From Chlorokybus atmophyticus (taxonomy: Eukaryota; Plantae; Mesostigma and Chlorokybus algae), in assembly GCA_009103225.1 (NCBI GenBank), contig RHPI01002119.1, forward strand, positions 124,001 to 188,000: DNA of 64,000 bases. The letters are read 5' to 3'. How positions within the stretch are numbered: the first letter of the stretch is position 1; each line of letters begins with the position of its first letter. Position numbers and translations under genes: made by a program. Below the pieces are notes generated by a model. The model saw only the letters and a program-made list of their open reading frames with translations, did not search any database and was not told the DNA's origin. Shown here piece after piece: positions 61,718-64,000 of the stretch.

Positions 61718-63929
61718 ATGGCTATTGGGGAGGGCAGCCAACTGCCTGCTGCAGCTGATTGCTTCAGGGCCAAGGGCAACCATTTGCTGGGCCAGGTGAC
61801 AGGCCAGCAGTTCTTGATGAAGGAGGAGTACAAGCATATGCGCACAACGCTGATGGTCAACCTGGAGAAGCTGAAGAAGGAGATGTTAAGCAAGTGGCCA
61901 CTACCTCAAGGTATGAAGGGCAAGGACTTCAAGATGAATGCCGAGCACCGGCAGGAGCTCGACGAAGTATGCGAGGCGGTCTTGCAGCAGTCACTTCCAC
62001 TAGTCTTTGACGCAAACCACACGCTCACGTGGACAAAAGGTAAGCTGCTTTCTTGGTGACATCTGCTGTTTGACAGAAACTTGAATTCAGCTGTGTTGAA
62101 GTGAGCTTTCAAGCATGTCGTTCACCTTTCAGTTCACTCACTATCTGCTTAGCTGTCTTGCCGTTGACAGTCCTTGCCCTGGTTGCTGTGTTTGTGCTTG
62201 TTGATTCATTGACCAGTTGCGATATGCTGACTTTGAGGCTGTCTTCTGCTAGATGCCATCTTCCAACAGCTGAAAATGCTGTATTGGAGCTGTCTTGCCG
62301 TTGACAGTCCTTGCCGTTGGTACTTTGCTGTACTCTTATCTGCTTGTGTTGCAGCACAAATCAAGCAGCATGTACTGGTGCTGCAGTACTCCGTTGGCAC
62401 GAAGCGCGGCAGTGGTACCGGGAAGAGCGTCCAAGAACGCAACGAGGCCAAGAAGCAAAGGCGTGGCAGCGACAGAGAAGTTGCACAAGGCAGCCGCGCT
62501 GCTCAAGCTGGAGCTGGCTGGGGCATGACAATTTGTCTGGGGAGGGACATGAGGGCCAACCAGCAGGTGGTCATGCTTGCGCCTTTAACCGCTCTTCCTC
62601 TCACAAATGCTCAGTACCGGGCCACTTGGCTAAAGGAGAGGTAAGCAACCATGGTGCTGTCGGTCGACTGTCGGTCCTGTTGTACTGTTTTGCTGAGCTG
62701 CTGCCTCCATGCATACTGGCTTAACACATGGTGCCTGCTACTCTGAATGCTACTCTGCGTGTCACGACAGGGGTGCGGACGGATTTGCTGAAGATCAGGT
62801 GTTCGACATTTGCAACAACGCAGTAGTTGTTGGCGTCGCCACCATCGATTCCGTATGCGAGCCAGACCAACCAATGCGCACGTATCTAGTCTCTGTTAAC
62901 CACTGGATGGCAATGAGAAGTGAGGATGGCAACCTTGCCGTTCAACTACCTGTGCAAGAAAGGCATTTTCTCTATGGCACGCCGACAAGCAGCTGCCATG
63001 GTGGGCGTACTCTGGAGGTACATTGCTTGCTGTGGATATGCACATGCTCCTGCTGTGACTGTATGGTGTAGTGTATGAGCATTTCTTGTGTTAAACACAA
63101 CAACATGCAGGGCAGGGAGATGGAGTGGCCCGTGATGTTCTTGGCCAGCGGAGGCATCTGCCCCTGTGAGGCATGCGCTAACGATGAGCGCATTGCGGTG
63201 CCGGGTTGCATCAAGGACCGGCTGCCTACGCCCGCAGCCAGGCACAGCACAGACACAGAGGTTAATAAGGGCTGTTGTTAGGCTGCTGTCACATGATGAA
63301 CAGTCGCCAATGCAGCCATTGATCACGCCTTGACAGTCGCAAAGTGCATTACATGTTGCAGTTCTTGACAGTCATCAACGCACTGCAGACTGTCAATGGT
63401 ATTGACAGTCGCCAATGGACTGCACTGACCACTCTGGGTCCTGGGCAGGTTGCTGGGGCGATCTCTGACTGTGAAGATGAAGAAGCCGCCGCCATGGACT
63501 TGCGAACTGCAGCGGGGATCGTGTGCAACACCAAGCCCAACGCCCCCACCAAAGAGGAGGCAATGGACATGTATGAGTACTACCACCACATCGAGCACAC
63601 ACTGTTCCACAATGGTCACCAGCTGGCATTCAAGGACCCCGACCGAATGGAGCGTGTGCCAGACGAGCTGATCTTGAGAGCCATTGTCAGCTTTGCTGCC
63701 AGGAAAAAGTGGTTGGTGTCCAACAAAGATGTTGAAGGAGGGTGCGAGTGGGGATCCAATCGCAAACTACCAGGTATGCATACTTCACTGCAGCAAGTTA
63801 ACGACAGTCCTTTGCTGGTTTTCAAGAGTGATGATTTGGTACAATGCAGGGCTTTTGAGCGAGGCAAAGAAGAGAAAGCCATTCCGACTCAAGAGGCAGT
63901 GGACGCGACAGCCCTCGTCATCCTCCTAG
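61718..63929 (+). CDS. Uncharacterised multi-exon protein (ends uncertain)
   Basis: Successive open frames bounded by AG/GT: ..LMKEEYKHMRTTLMVNLEKLKKEMLSKW..TWTK/, ..RATWLKE/, GADGFAEDQVFDICNNAVVVG..GGRTLE/, GREMEWPVMFLASGGICPCEAC../, VAGAISDCEDEE..MYEYYHHIEH..SNRKLP/. No family recognised. Confidence 0.5.
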
Positions 63930-64000
63930 GTGGGTGGTTTCCTGTGCTATGGTCAAGTTACTGTTTGTGTAAGCACGTGACAGTACAGTTGTTGTGCAGA

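Overview
Intron-rich nuclear DNA from a eukaryotic green alga with four N-gaps (10498-10932, 14501-15191, 30411-30747, about 59932-59968). A full-length KAC/KCA kinesin points to Streptophyta. An early-diverging streptophyte alga such as Chlorokybus is my inference, not something verified. Genes recognised after splicing by eye: UQCC1/CBP3 (5'-partial), phototropin, a GT29 sialyltransferase-like protein, PYROXD2-like oxidoreductase, KAC/KCA kinesin-14, plastid glycerol-3-P dehydrogenase, histone H2A, CCT1, a plastid PRC-barrel protein, plastid trigger factor and golgin GC5/TMF1. Accessory content: a decayed Penelope-like retroelement (probably Naiad/Chlamys type) with a nested tRNA-derived Pol III insertion, and a 58.4-64 kb region with hairpin arrays, a disrupted SET-domain gene, an unknown spliced gene and a dense TTGACAG motif cluster. 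Highlights: (1) a KAC kinesin with apparently intact motor motifs, about 14 kb from phototropin; (2) at least seven GC-AG introns; (3) the nested Penelope/Pol III element; (4) a possible cargo-carrying transposon at the right end. Exon boundaries were derived manually and need transcript confirmation.
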